Translations under genes and position numbers: made by a program
Notes under the pieces: model-generated
The model's input: only the letters and a program-made list of their open reading frames with translations
Databases searched by the model: none
What the model was told of the DNA's origin: nothing
Part shown: piece after piece, positions 26,501 to 42,383 of the stretch
How the letters are laid out: each line of letters opens with the position of its first letter
Position numbering within the stretch: the stretch's first letter is position 1
NCBI GenBank assembly: GCA_023213395.1
Contig: CM041465.1
Span: 182,101,741 to 182,165,740, forward strand
DNA length: 64,000 bases
Source of the DNA: Cycas panzhihuaensis
Lineage: Eukaryota; Plantae; Cycadophyta
Reading direction: 5' to 3'

Positions 26501-29500
26501 AGTTTGAGTTACTAAGTAGGAAGGAATGTCTTTGTGACTAAAATATGTTTCAAAAGATAAATTAAAGATAATATTAATGATTCAACTCAAAGCAATGTCA
26601 AAGTTGAAATCAATAAACACAATTAAATCTAATCAAGATTAGGGAGGAAAACTTCTAATTTCTCATAAGAATCTATTGGTACCCTAAGGAGGTTATGACA
26701 TAGGAGGTTTAAGAGGAAAAATGAAAATCACCTAAGAGATGTCACATCCACAAAAGATTCAAAGACCACAATGAGGTAACGTTATGAGGAAAAGTAGAGT
26801 TAGAACAATATTACATCATGCACCCAAAGTTTACTATTAAAAGTGGACCCTAGAAATAAGACATAACAAAATAGAAAATAATGAAAAAATAACCAAAAAA
26901 GATAATGTGGATATGGTAGTGGAAGGTCCCTCAAATAATAATTAATTTTTATTTACTCTATCCTATTATAAAAATATAATTTATTCATGTCATAAAATAT
27001 AATGGTGATTTTAATGATTAATTAGATATGTTTATTAAGCAAACTTAATATAAATATTAAATTAAAATGTATTTTATTCATGTCATAAAATATGGATGGT
27101 TGTTTTGTATTTAGTTTTATATTTTCATACTTTAATTAGGGATGAGCTTTAAGTGAGAGGGAAATTGATATCAAATCTATGATATGATTTCTTAGATTCT
27201 ACCTAGGTTGTGGCAAAATAAATGGAGACTAGCTTGAGCTACTATGGATTTGTCCATAGTAAGGTAAGCTTTAAAAAATTATTAAGAACATTATAGAATC
27301 AAAATATATCCTACCACTAAATATAAGAATGTCATTTTTAAAGTTTAAAATATTCATGTTTCAAATCCATTAAATTCCATACAAAATATATTTTAGCCTT
27401 TAGAGCAATAAATTATTTTTCTTTAAGTTTTACTTTAGGGTACTACCTCTAAAAATTTTTAGAATTTTTCTTTCTACCATTAATTTGTTGATCATAGGAT
27501 ATCAAATCATCTTGTATTTTAGTGTTTATTTAGCCTTAATATTTCAAAGCAATGTGAGAAGGTTCATAGTTCATTTTACCTCTTTAAAAGTGTATACCCA
27601 AGATAGCCCATTAAGATATCTCTTAAAGTAGAATTAGGTCATTCCATTACCAACATATGCCATCCCATCCCAAAATAGACCTCTTATACCCACTTTTATT
27701 CTAATCCCCTTTATTGTTCTTATGTTGTCTTTATTATCATCTTGTTTTATGTTGCTTTGTCAATCATTCCATTCCACCCCCTTTAACTAATTCTAGCTAC
27801 TCCACTATAACCTAACATCATCATACTATGATGGTCTAAAATAGCCACCTTAGGAATCAATAAAAATATTCATATATTAGGACATATGACCCCATGAATT
27901 TAATAATCAAGAGAAAGTAGCCATGTATTAATTTAGTAGGTAGTTAGACTTGCAATAATGGCTCAACATACTTGACAATAAGTTTTTACGTGAAGGCTTT
28001 TCATATGAATTTAATAAGGCATGATTTGCTTGGATCACTTAGAAGGACAAGCTTTTAGTTTGGAGAAATAATAGATAAGAAGTGTTGTAGTAATTGGCAC
28101 TAGCCTTTAATGCTTCAAATATGATTTCCTTACTTAAGCAAGTAAGCACAACAATGGACCCATCCCACAATAAGAAACGTAAGGTAACATTTGACAAACC
28201 GTTGGATATATCAAACAAATGTTATGATCTATCATGGAATTAACATGCAAAACATTGCCTTCCATCTACCAAAAACTAGTTTATCTCCATACTTCACGAG
28301 GATTCCCATAGTAATAACAAAAGTGTATGGTAGAGTCTCACTTGAAAGAAAGCCTCTGAAATCTCTAGTTAAGAAGATTATGATTTAAGTATCTTTCAAA
28401 CCAAACCTATGGAAAAAATAAACCATTAACAAGATGATTATGAAACAATCATCCTCAAAGAAGACATAAGGTAGGATTATGAAATTGGCTCATTAAGTCA
28501 TAGCAAATCTATAATTGATACCAATTAAGATTTTCACAAACCTTTATGAATAATAGAGCCAAGCTTAGAGAATGAAGAAGAGCCAAAGACTACAACACTA
28601 AAGGAGATTAGAAAAGCTAATATAAAATTAAAAGCTATTACATATTCATAGCAAACTAAAATTCCACTCAAGGTGAAGTATCATAAAAGAAAAAAATTAA
28701 AAAATCTAGTAGATGTTATAAGAATGGTAGCCAATACACTCATGAACCTATTAAACTAAACCATAATTTAAGTAAACAATATGATGAAAATATTATAAAT
28801 ATTTAGGGACCTAAGTTGGTTATACTAAATAAAAAATGAATCATACATACTTAGGTAGAGAGCACTATGGAGAAGGGTGTAGTTTTACCCTTTCATTGTT
28901 GATTATTTTTTATTTGAATACTATAGATAAGATCTCTTTCCTATGTTCACTAAGTGATAAGGTTGCTTAGTTATTATAATTATATCATTGTTCTTTATTA
29001 TTTCTTAGTATGAGTGTTTCTATAATAGTGTGGACCACTAGAATATGTTTATCCTAGTGTTCACTAGATAAACTAGAATAAAACTTTCTTTTTAACTTTA
29101 TCTTTCAAGACTAGTGAAATTTTTAGGAGAACTTAGTCAAATTTTGTTATTTGAAAGTTTTAATTTGTTAGCTTTTAAAAAAAGTGATAAGAAGGATATT
29201 AATCAATAGTAATAGGCTATTGAAACTACAAAATAGTATAAGGTTACTCACGTATATTAGCCTCAATGTCATCCTATTTATAATAATATTATTAGTAATT
29301 AATTCTAAACTAACTACTTTATTATTAGTGTCAATTTGTCTAGTGGAGTCATTAAGTTAAGTAGTATTAATAATGAAATTATAAATCAAGTCATCTTATG
29401 AATCATTTATTGAATAATATGAATGGAACCCAATAACCAATATCTATAATTAAGAATACTAGTACTAGCTCTAAGTTCTATCCATAGTTTGATTGTCAAC

Positions 29501-32500
29501 CAGATGATCAATAATAAGAAGATCCACATAAATTTTTTAAAATCCTATAACTTTTTTCATTTGAAGTTAGAAGTCAAAACTTTACCACTATTTCTCAATT
29601 ACCCCATTATAATGAGGGTCTCATGACCTTCATTTTTTACTATGATAATTTTAACCAATAATTTTAGGGTCAACCACCTATAGACATCCTAAGCCTATAT
29701 TTGTATACATTTTCTTACCTACATCATTTTGATGAGGTCACTGTATATATCATAATGCATTAGCTTATTTTCTTACATAAATTTTTGGGCAAATGACATA
29801 CAAGAACCTCCTTTCACTTTTTTTTATTCCACCCTTAAAATTTTGAGCTAAGGTCAAGATTCATAAAAATAACACCAAGATCCAATCTAGAATGGTCTCA
29901 GGAATCCAATATGATTCTTATTATGCAAAGTTAAATGGATCTAAAATTTAACAATATCTATCAATTCTTTTATGAGATTAAGAATACCATCCAATCATTA
30001 ACTAATCAAGTTGCTCATCTCCTACTAAAAGCTAAGAATAAGAAGGATGAAGAGGAGGAAAGGAGTAGTATGGAGAGATATCATAGAGATGTAGGAGGGG
30101 AAAGATACCCAGACTTTTAGGAAAACCAAGAAAATCTCGTCCCTAAGATAAAAATCTATAAATTTAATGGAAGGGATGTTCATACTTGGATAAGTCAAAT
30201 GGAATAATATTTTATCCTATACTAAGTACTTACATATAAGAAGATTGCATTAGCTTCATTGCACATAAAAACATAACCATTCCAATGGTACCAATGAATG
30301 AAAGGAAAATTTGATGGGTTATCATATAAGTAAGATAATTTTGTAGAAGACATCTCACCATAATTTGATAATGTTTGGGATAGCAACTACTTTAGACAAC
30401 TTACTAAGGTAAGACAATTAGGAATGGAGCAAGACTACACTATAGAGCACCAATAACTTTCAACTTGAGTAGATGATTTAAGCAATGATAAGTTGTTAGA
30501 AATATATATTGGGTGATTAAAGGATAAAATCTAACATAATCTATATATCTTACAACCAGCAAATATCTTAGTTGCCATCAAGTTGGCATGATAGATTAAG
30601 GCCAAGAATAAACCCATAACATGACCTATAGGATCATATGAGGAGAAGAACCAATAATGACCTAAGTAGTCATAACCTTAAGCCCATGCCTAAATACTAA
30701 TACTAATGGAAATGGATGAAAGATAAGATAAAGAGCTATGTTTTAGATGTAATAATAAGTGGGTACAAGGACATAGATGCATAGAAAAATATATTTTCAT
30801 CATAAAAGACACCTATAATAAGGATGAAGAAGAATAAAAAAATATCTAAAGAGTCATAAGAGATCAATGAATGGGAAATGACAACCATTTTAGTTCATGC
30901 CTTGGCAAGTATTACAACCCCCTAGATATTGAATATCATAGAGTAAATAAAAAAAATAGAAGGTAGTAATACTCATAGACTTAGGAAGCATACATAATTT
31001 TATTAACATGAAGTTAGCCAAAAAATTCAATTACTTTCCATACCCTATAAAACACTTTTAAGTAATGATTATGATGGGGGAATGATTACTTATGAGGGAA
31101 AGTACCATAATATCAAATTCAACATGGGACATTATATTTTATTATCACCCATATACATGATTCCATTATGTGGAGTGGATATGGTCTTGGGTGTCCAATG
31201 GCTTAAAATTTAGGACAACATCTAACTAAATCTAGAAGAGTTCTTCATCTGATTCATTTCATATAAGAAATAATATCAACTTAATGGAATTACCCCCTTT
31301 GCCCCTCCCAAATTACAAGTTCATGCAAAATAGAGAAACGTATCAAAAAAGGTGGTAATGGGCATATTGTTAGATGTTATGCCTTAAAAGGGTATGCTAT
31401 ATAGGAGGAAGGAAATCCTAATTAGGATATTAACACAGCATAGGACCTAAAAATAATCCTCCTTAGACATAGCCAAGTCTTTAAGGATATTCATAAGGAG
31501 ATTCCATTAGAAAAGGAATAAGATCATACCATTGAGCTTATATAAGGTAGTAATGCCCTAAATATTCATCTTTATAAATACCCCTATCACAAGAAGAATG
31601 AAATAGAAAGATTGGTGCAAGAATTATTAAAGACTAATATAATTAGGAAAAGTAAGAGTACCTTTTAACCTTAATAATATTAGTTAGGAAGAAAGATGGT
31701 TCCTTTAGTATGTGTGTGGATTATAAGGAACTCAATAAAATTATTATTAAGGACTCATGAGTTGCTAGATGAATTAAATAGGTCCTTTTTCTATTCCTCC
31801 TTGGATTTAAGATCAAGATACTACCAGATCATAATTAAAGTGAAAGATATTTATAAGACTACCTTCCATACTTATGAGGGCCATTATGAATTCTTAGTCA
31901 TGCCATTTGGGTTGACAAATACCTTAACAACATTTCAAGGGATTATGAATAAGATTTTCCAACCTTATTTAAGGAAGCATATCTTAGTTTTTTTATGATA
32001 TATTAGTTTTTCACTAAATGTAGGATGATCATATATGTCATATTAACCAAGTCTTATACATACTTGAAGACAACCACCTCTATAGCAAAATATCTAAATA
32101 TAACTTTGGAATATAGGAAGTTGAGTATCTAGGCTATATCATCACTAGGGAAGGGGTTAAGGTGGATCTTAAAAAGATTCAAGGCATTATCAATTGGCTC
32201 ACACTTAGAAACATCTAAGACCTGAGAAGATTTCTTGGGTCAACTAGGTATATTGGAAGTTTGTTAATGGATATACACAACTAGCAACCCCCGCCTTCCC
32301 CTTTATTCAATTGTTAAAAAGGAGCGTCTTCTAATGGAACGAAGTAGTTAGTTAGGCTTTCCAACAATTAAAATATGTTATGACTTAAACCCCAATTCTA
32401 GTAACTCTTTATTTTTATTAATACTTTCACCATTGAGTGTGATACTTCTAACCATGGTATAGGGACAATATTAATATAAGAGAAACATCCCCTTCTTTTT

Positions 32501-32858
32501 TTAAATTATAAATTCAAATCTCATGACTTAGAAAAAATAACTTATGAAAAGGAGATGATTGCCATATTATATATAATATAGAAGTTGTAGTAATATCTCT
32601 TAAGAACATACTTCAAGGTGAAGACCAACCATAAAAACTTGAAGTGCTTCTTAAACCATATAGTAGCACTAGTAAAACAATAAAAGTATATGACTAAAAT
32701 GCAAGGCTATGACTTTTAAACAATACATAAAAAGGGTAAGGATGATATAATAGTAGATGCCCTATCAATATGAGATGAAGATTGTACCCTATAGTCCTTG
32801 ACAATCATAGTTCCCATATGGGTTGATGTAGCTAAAATAGAATGGAAAAAGAATTAAT

Positions 32859-33201
32859 TAATAAAATATAAGAATACTGAAATTAGCTCTAATTCAAAGT
32901 TAAAATATGATAATAGTTTCTCTAATACCATCAAATAAATGATGTAATAGTAATTGAGAAACATGAACTCATAAGTATATATACATAATGAATCAATCAA
33001 CATGAATATCAAATATCAAATATATAAAGCATGCATTCACTAAGCATAAGCATTGCTATAAGATAGACACTGATATGTATACGTGGGAAACCCATTATGG
33101 GAAAGACCACGAGAGAAGGTAGAGTTAGGAATCCGCTTATGATAATAAGATTTACATCTTTCTCCTCTCTTCATTCTCAAGTTCATAAGTGGTGTGTGTG
33201 T

Positions 33202-33251
<50 letters not shown>

Positions 33252-33405
33252 CCTCATAAGTAATCTATCATATATTATGAGCCTTTACATCATCCAATAA
33301 AGTGATAAATGGATATATATATATACATCTCAGATATCTTGATGTATGTGAATAGTGAGAGGTATATGCATATAAAAAATATATTAAACATTATATATTT
33401 TAACA
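32859..33405 (-). repeat. 3' LTR of element B
   Basis: Aligns to 36425-36937, including the PBS-like copies at 32886-32897 and 32919-32930. Confidence 0.85.
33192..33246. repeat. Compound (TG)n(AG)n microsatellite
   Basis: Read directly from the sequence. Confidence 0.95.
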
Positions 33406-36400
33406 TTCTCCCTTAATATTTAATATCCTTATATCTTGATCTCAAGCCTTCAAGTCTCCATGTCTTCAAGTTGTATGCTAGAACTGGTAACTTGTAACTA
33501 TATCTTATATCCTATATGTAGTATCACTTATAACTTGTAAATAACTTGTAACCATATTCTTGTATCTAATAAGCATCAGCTTGTATAAAGACAACATATA
33601 TGAAGTGTTTTTGTGAATATCTATATATCTTCACTTGTATGGCTACTTTCAATAAACATTAATTTTGATGATTAGCATTCTATTAACCATTTATCAAATC
33701 AAGAATCAAGCAAAGTAATGTCTAAGTCCATATAAAGTAATAACCATATATCGAAATACATGGGTAACCAATAGTTATAATTGTTGGTTCACTAGGAAAT
33801 TACTTTAGATACATGGTTTATCATCCTTCTAAATTATTTATAGGAATAACATAAATGAGTGTGTTGTGTTAGAGTAGCACCAGCTAGACTAAGTCAATAG
33901 TTGGATCATATCTTAAGCAATCTAACACTGGGAATAGGCTAAACTACCTAACCAAGGTAAGTTAACTATAACAAGGTAAATTATACTCAACATCTAACTA
34001 GATAATATTGACAACTAATATAATGTGCTAAATAACAAGTGGATTCTGTTCATTATAAAAAATGTGTTTTAATAACTAGGTGACCTATATGTTTACTTAG
34101 GGTTTTTTTTGTCCACTAAACCAAATGTTATGTTTCTAAGGGGAAAATGAATAACCAACATATCAAGGATATCTAATGTCACAAATTCGTCAAATGTTTC
34201 TCACTTAATATATTTTTTCAACTAAAGTCGGTCTCAAAATATTATAACTAGGCCTTACAATGCTTGATTTTAAGCCAAGCTTTATTTTTCATTCACCATT
34301 ACTTTAAAATAACTTAAGCATCATGTTTGGATCCATAGAAAACATAAGAATTGGCTATTGAAAATAAATATGGAATTAATCCTATATGAGATTTGGAGCC
34401 TTTGCATCAAATTTACCATTAACTTTATCTATCTTCTATTGTCTAAAGCATATTATGTGACCATTCATTTTGACTATCTTAAAGTCTACTTTCTAATGCA
34501 ACTAACAGTACTTGATTCTGATACGCAAGTGAGAAATTATATAATAAAACATGTTAGTGACCCATAAAAAACTGTGAGATCCTTAAGAAATTAGAGGAAA
34601 ATTTGAAATATTATCAAATATCAAATAAAATGTTTGAAAATTTAAAAAACATCCAAATTAATTTACTACATTTTTCAGTCTATCCTCTTGTGGATTAGCC
34701 TCTAGTCATATGGTCTATCCATATGATTATCTATTTACTAACTAACATCTCCCCCAAATTTAAAAATTTATGAAAATTGATTAAATTTATCATTTTATTT
34801 ACAATTTTTTTTAGGTTTTAAAAATTCATTTTATGTGCAAAAAAATATTCATCTCCAAAAATATAAATCTTTATATAAAATACTTCCTCTAGATCTGATA
34901 TCAATCTCCATATGGTGTCATTTATTTTTTCCTTTATTACGTGATGATACATTCAATTTCATAGTGGGTAGATCTAGATTGTATGATAGGGTTCATCTTT
35001 GATTAAGTGATAGTGGCTTAGTGTGATTAGGTAAATGTGTGATGATTAATTATTCTCTATATAACCATTTGTTTAATGAGGGTTATAAGGATCGATCTCA
35101 ATCTATGTATTTAACCCTCTACGTGGTGTAGTGGCAAACGAGTAGTGTAGATGAAACTATGGTAGGTGGCCATTTAGGTGACTACAAAATCTCTATTATC
35201 TTTTATGTGTTTCTTTCACTCTCAATGGAATCACAATGGATGAGATTTTTTATGTATGGGTAGTTATGGCTATTCTTATTATGTGCAAGGTTTTTTTTTT
35301 AGGTGCAATAAGATCATTCAGTATACATATTCCTTTCTGCATCTTTATTCACTATCTTCATTCAATGCTTTATATATATTATCACTACCATTCCTATCAT
35401 GAGCTAAAGTCTAGTGAATAGAGGAAGAATCTTTAGTAGAGGCATGATGAGGAGCACATTGACTAAAGGAAATAGATGGTGTAGCTTTTGTTGATGATGG
35501 CCTCTAGCCAACATTATATAAATACTAATAGTATTCATTTTCCCATTTGATGTTAGAGAAATTTCTCATCATCTTTGACATATTACTCAAATCAACCCCA
35601 TAATGTCTTAGATCTCCTATATAATATAGGTATAAGACTTAAATAACACTGATGTATGAAAAATCTTCATGCTTAAGAAGCCCATACATATGCTTCATCA
35701 TTAATAAAATTACTAAATCATTTAGAAAAAAACTTCATATTATTCATGCCATCATAAGGTTGATCAATCATATATCCTTTAAATAATCATGCTTTTAATG
35801 CCAATCTTAAATATTATTCTGCCCTCAATGTAACTATGTAACTGTAATATTATTTTCCTGCCACCATGTACATCAAAATTTATTTCATGTATATGTAATT
35901 TATCCGTATCAATTATTGTAATAAAAATCAACCCTTGCATATATTCTATATGTCAAGATTTAATCATGCCCACATATATTTTCTTATCATAATACCTTTA
36001 ATAATATTACTTATTATTTCATGCCACTTGACTACTAGTTATCATATACATTTCTGGTGTTGTTATAAATCATCAGTACCTACCAACATGTTATTGTACA
36101 GGCCTACTTCCTATTGATCTATTGATGGGTTAACTACTTTATTCTAATGGACTACTTTAAGTAACTATATACATCTAGAATATAGGGCCCAACATGTGTA
36201 AATAAATGTCCATAATAACCTCAACAAATTAGCATACCATTAGTATCTACTTATCTCTTATATGTGGCTTTGATTGGATCCATTTGCCCTATAATCTGTT
36301 GAGCATATCATTGGTATACGCATATATCTAACTCATCAAAAAATACCTCATATCTGTCTCATATCATAAGCTCGATAGGCTTCTATTGTTACACAAGATC

Positions 36401-36424
36401 TTAAAACCATAGGCTCTAATACTA

Positions 36425-36937
36425 TGATAAAATATAGGAATATTAAGATTAGCTCTGATTCCATGTCAAAATATAATGATAGTTGCTATGATACCATAAG
36501 ATAAATGATGCAATAATAATGGAGAAATATGAACTCATGATTATGTACATATAATGAATTACTCAATATGAATATTAAATATCAAACATATAAAGCATGC
36601 ATTCACTAAGCATAAGAATCACCACAAGATAGACACTAAGATGTATACGTGGAAAACCCATTATGAGTAAAACCATAGGAGAAGGTGGAGTTAGAACTCA
36701 CTTATGATCATAAGGTTTACATCTTTCTCCTCTCTCCTTACTTAAGTTCACAAGTGGTGAGTGTACATATATATATAGTGAGATCACCTCACAAGTAGCT
36801 TATCATATATTATGAGCCTTTACATCATCCAATAAAGTGATAATATGGATATGTATGTATCTCATATATCTTGATGTATATGAATGGTGGGAGGTGTATG
36901 TGTATAATAAATATATTAAACATTACATATTTTAATA
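36425..36937 (-). repeat. 5' LTR of element B
   Basis: Embedded PBS copies at 36452-36463 and 36485-36496. Confidence 0.85.
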
Positions 36938-39226
36938 TGAATCACCTAAGCAAACGATATAAGACACTCAAGTATATAAGGAAATCTTCAATCATTTTGA
37001 TTAGAAGGTTGGCACCTTATGGTACAAAAATAAGATATACTTAAGACCCCAGTCAAAGCTTAAGGACAAGGTATTGTATGATACATATACCTCACCTATA
37101 ACTAGTTATTTTTAGTTATTAAAAATGTACTAAAGAGTAAACAATTATTTTATTAGGATGAACTCATGGGAGAAACTTAAAGATTCATAGTTATATGCAA
37201 GACATGTCAAAGAAATAAGGGGGAGATAGTTAGAATGCCAAGGGTTTTATAATTTTTACCCATACCAACCCAAATGTGGGAGAAATTGCTTCCCAAATTC
37301 AAATGGGATGGATTTATACTAGTAGTCATGGATAGGTTAACTGAGTATGCTCACTTATGTGGCATCCAAAAAGGCTACACATAGTTATAGTCATTATTAA
37401 GGAAATACATAAGCCTAATGGAATCCCAAAAGAAATTATTAGTGATCAAGAACTAAAGTTTACCAGTAATTTTTAGATGGAACTCTTTAAGACATTGGGA
37501 ACTTGACTATCTATGAGTACCACCTATAATCTATAAATAGATGGGAAAATTAAGGTGGTCAATAAATATCTCAAAGGCTACATCTAATGTTATAATTTAG
37601 ACAAACAAAGATAGTGTTACAAATGGTTTCCATATTAGAATGATACTATAACATAACTTACTATATCACCACCAAAATGACTCCCTTCCATATATTGTAT
37701 AGGTATAAACCACTAAGCATTAAAAGTTATATAATAAATAATTTTGAAGTATAGGAAATGGCTGACCATACCTAATAGGTTAATAAGGTACTTAGATTAC
37801 TGAAGGAGAACCTAAGAGCTATATAAAATAGAATGAAGCAATAGGTAGGTAAGGAAAATAGTGAATGACAATTCCAACTAGATAATTAGGTCTATTTACA
37901 TTTATAACCATACAAGAAGTCCTTACTTAAGAAGGGCAGGGGGGAATAAATTAAAGCCAAAATTTGAAGGACTATTATTGAGGTCAAATTTGACACATGT
38001 ATTTGGCTAAAGGAATGGATAATAATTGCCATATAATAGATTATTATAGACGTAGATTGATAGCCCAACATATGCCTAGACATTAGAATGCACTTGATTC
38101 TAGCTAAAATTAACAAAGATAACCTCTCTAAGAATGTATAGTAGGGTGTATTATGAAATACGATCACATAATAGACAAATCCTAAATTGGAATAAATAAG
38201 GGATGCATGAACTAGATTAAGTAGAATGTAACCCAGGCAAGACTTGGAGAGTAAAGATAGAAGGACATATGAGATTAATTAATGGTAAATACTGATTAAG
38301 CACTAAATTTACTATCAAGAGTCATGTGTCATATTACAGGGAAATTTATGACTTTTAGTCATAATTATTCCCCAGAAGGCACCAAAGGTGTATTTAAAGG
38401 TTCGTTCTCACAATTTTGGATATGAGATCTTAGTTATTTAATCTTATGATATGTTCTTAAGTGTGAAAGTTGTGTGAGTAAATTGTATGGTATATTCTCT
38501 AATGTAAGAGCCAAGTCAATGAGTCCTATGGTATGTTTTCTAGTATAAATGCCAAGAATATTGTAAGTTAGATGGTGTTCCAATAGGAATTAATGACATA
38601 TCATTACATGGAATTGATATAAATTGTGATATTTCTTAATAAAATAATTAAGTTACATGGAAACTATGTCTCATGTGTTATCTATGATTGGTTTATGATG
38701 ATGTATTGGTTGATAATATTATGATGGTATTATGATTATTGTGTTATTATGGACTTATGTGTCATAATAGTGTATGAACAACCCATATATTGACAACAAG
38801 CCCCAAACCTAGACTATTGAAAATGTCCTTTAATAAGTGATCCCTCTAAAGAGTAGAAGGAAGTCAACATTGGTTTCATTTCCTAAGTCTACTAGTGGGG
38901 GAAGAAGAAAAAAAGCTAGAGTTCTCTAATACCCAAAGATCAAGTCACTTGGGTTATCAAAGTGATGGTAGGCTTTAACTAAGCCATGATAGCTAGGGGA
39001 CTTTTCAATTCCACCTAAATGACCTTTAAAGACAAAAGAGCCGCCAAAAATACCTTCACCTAAGGAGATATTATAATTAAACAAACAAAAGGCTTTAAGA
39101 TGGGAAAAAGAGAAGGAATAAAGAAGGGCATGGAGGTTAAGTATTGGGAAAGATAATCAAAATAAAAGATAATCTATGGAAGGATTTGAGGTAAGTGGCA
39201 CCCAGATATCACAAGACATAATAAAT

Positions 39227-42383
<3,157 letters not shown>

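Larger units (their letters stand above)
32859..36937 (-). mobile_element. Element B: non-autonomous LTR retroelement (LARD/TRIM-like), two PBS modules inside each LTR
   Basis: LTRs 32859-33405 and 36425-36937; PBS 36413-36424; PPT ttctccctt 33406-33414; TSD ttaat (32854-32858) vs tgaat (36938-36942). Removing it restores the host gypsy frame. No pol ORF. Confidence 0.85.
29935..37964 (+). pseudogene. Element G: ancient Ty3/gypsy (Reina-like chromovirus) gag-pol relic, interrupted by B and truncated by I
   Basis: Gag from ~29935; PR LIDLGSIHNFI ~30972-31004; RT ORF 31696-31998 ([24 protein letters not shown]); RNase H FTIECDTS ~32426-32450. The frame continues across the B insertion (EWKKN|ESPKQ). 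Integrase ~37050-37960 (VVMDRLTEYAH, IISDQELKFTS, ending KLKPKF). Confidence 0.85.

Noticed and set aside
26500-29900. Possible host exon or accessory ORF region
   Set aside because: Many stops, no credible splice structure or motif; most likely decayed retroelement sequence.
32859-36937. Retrozyme or Cassandra identity for B and F
   Set aside because: No CUGAnGA...GAAA hammerhead core or 5S rRNA segment recognised in the LTRs.
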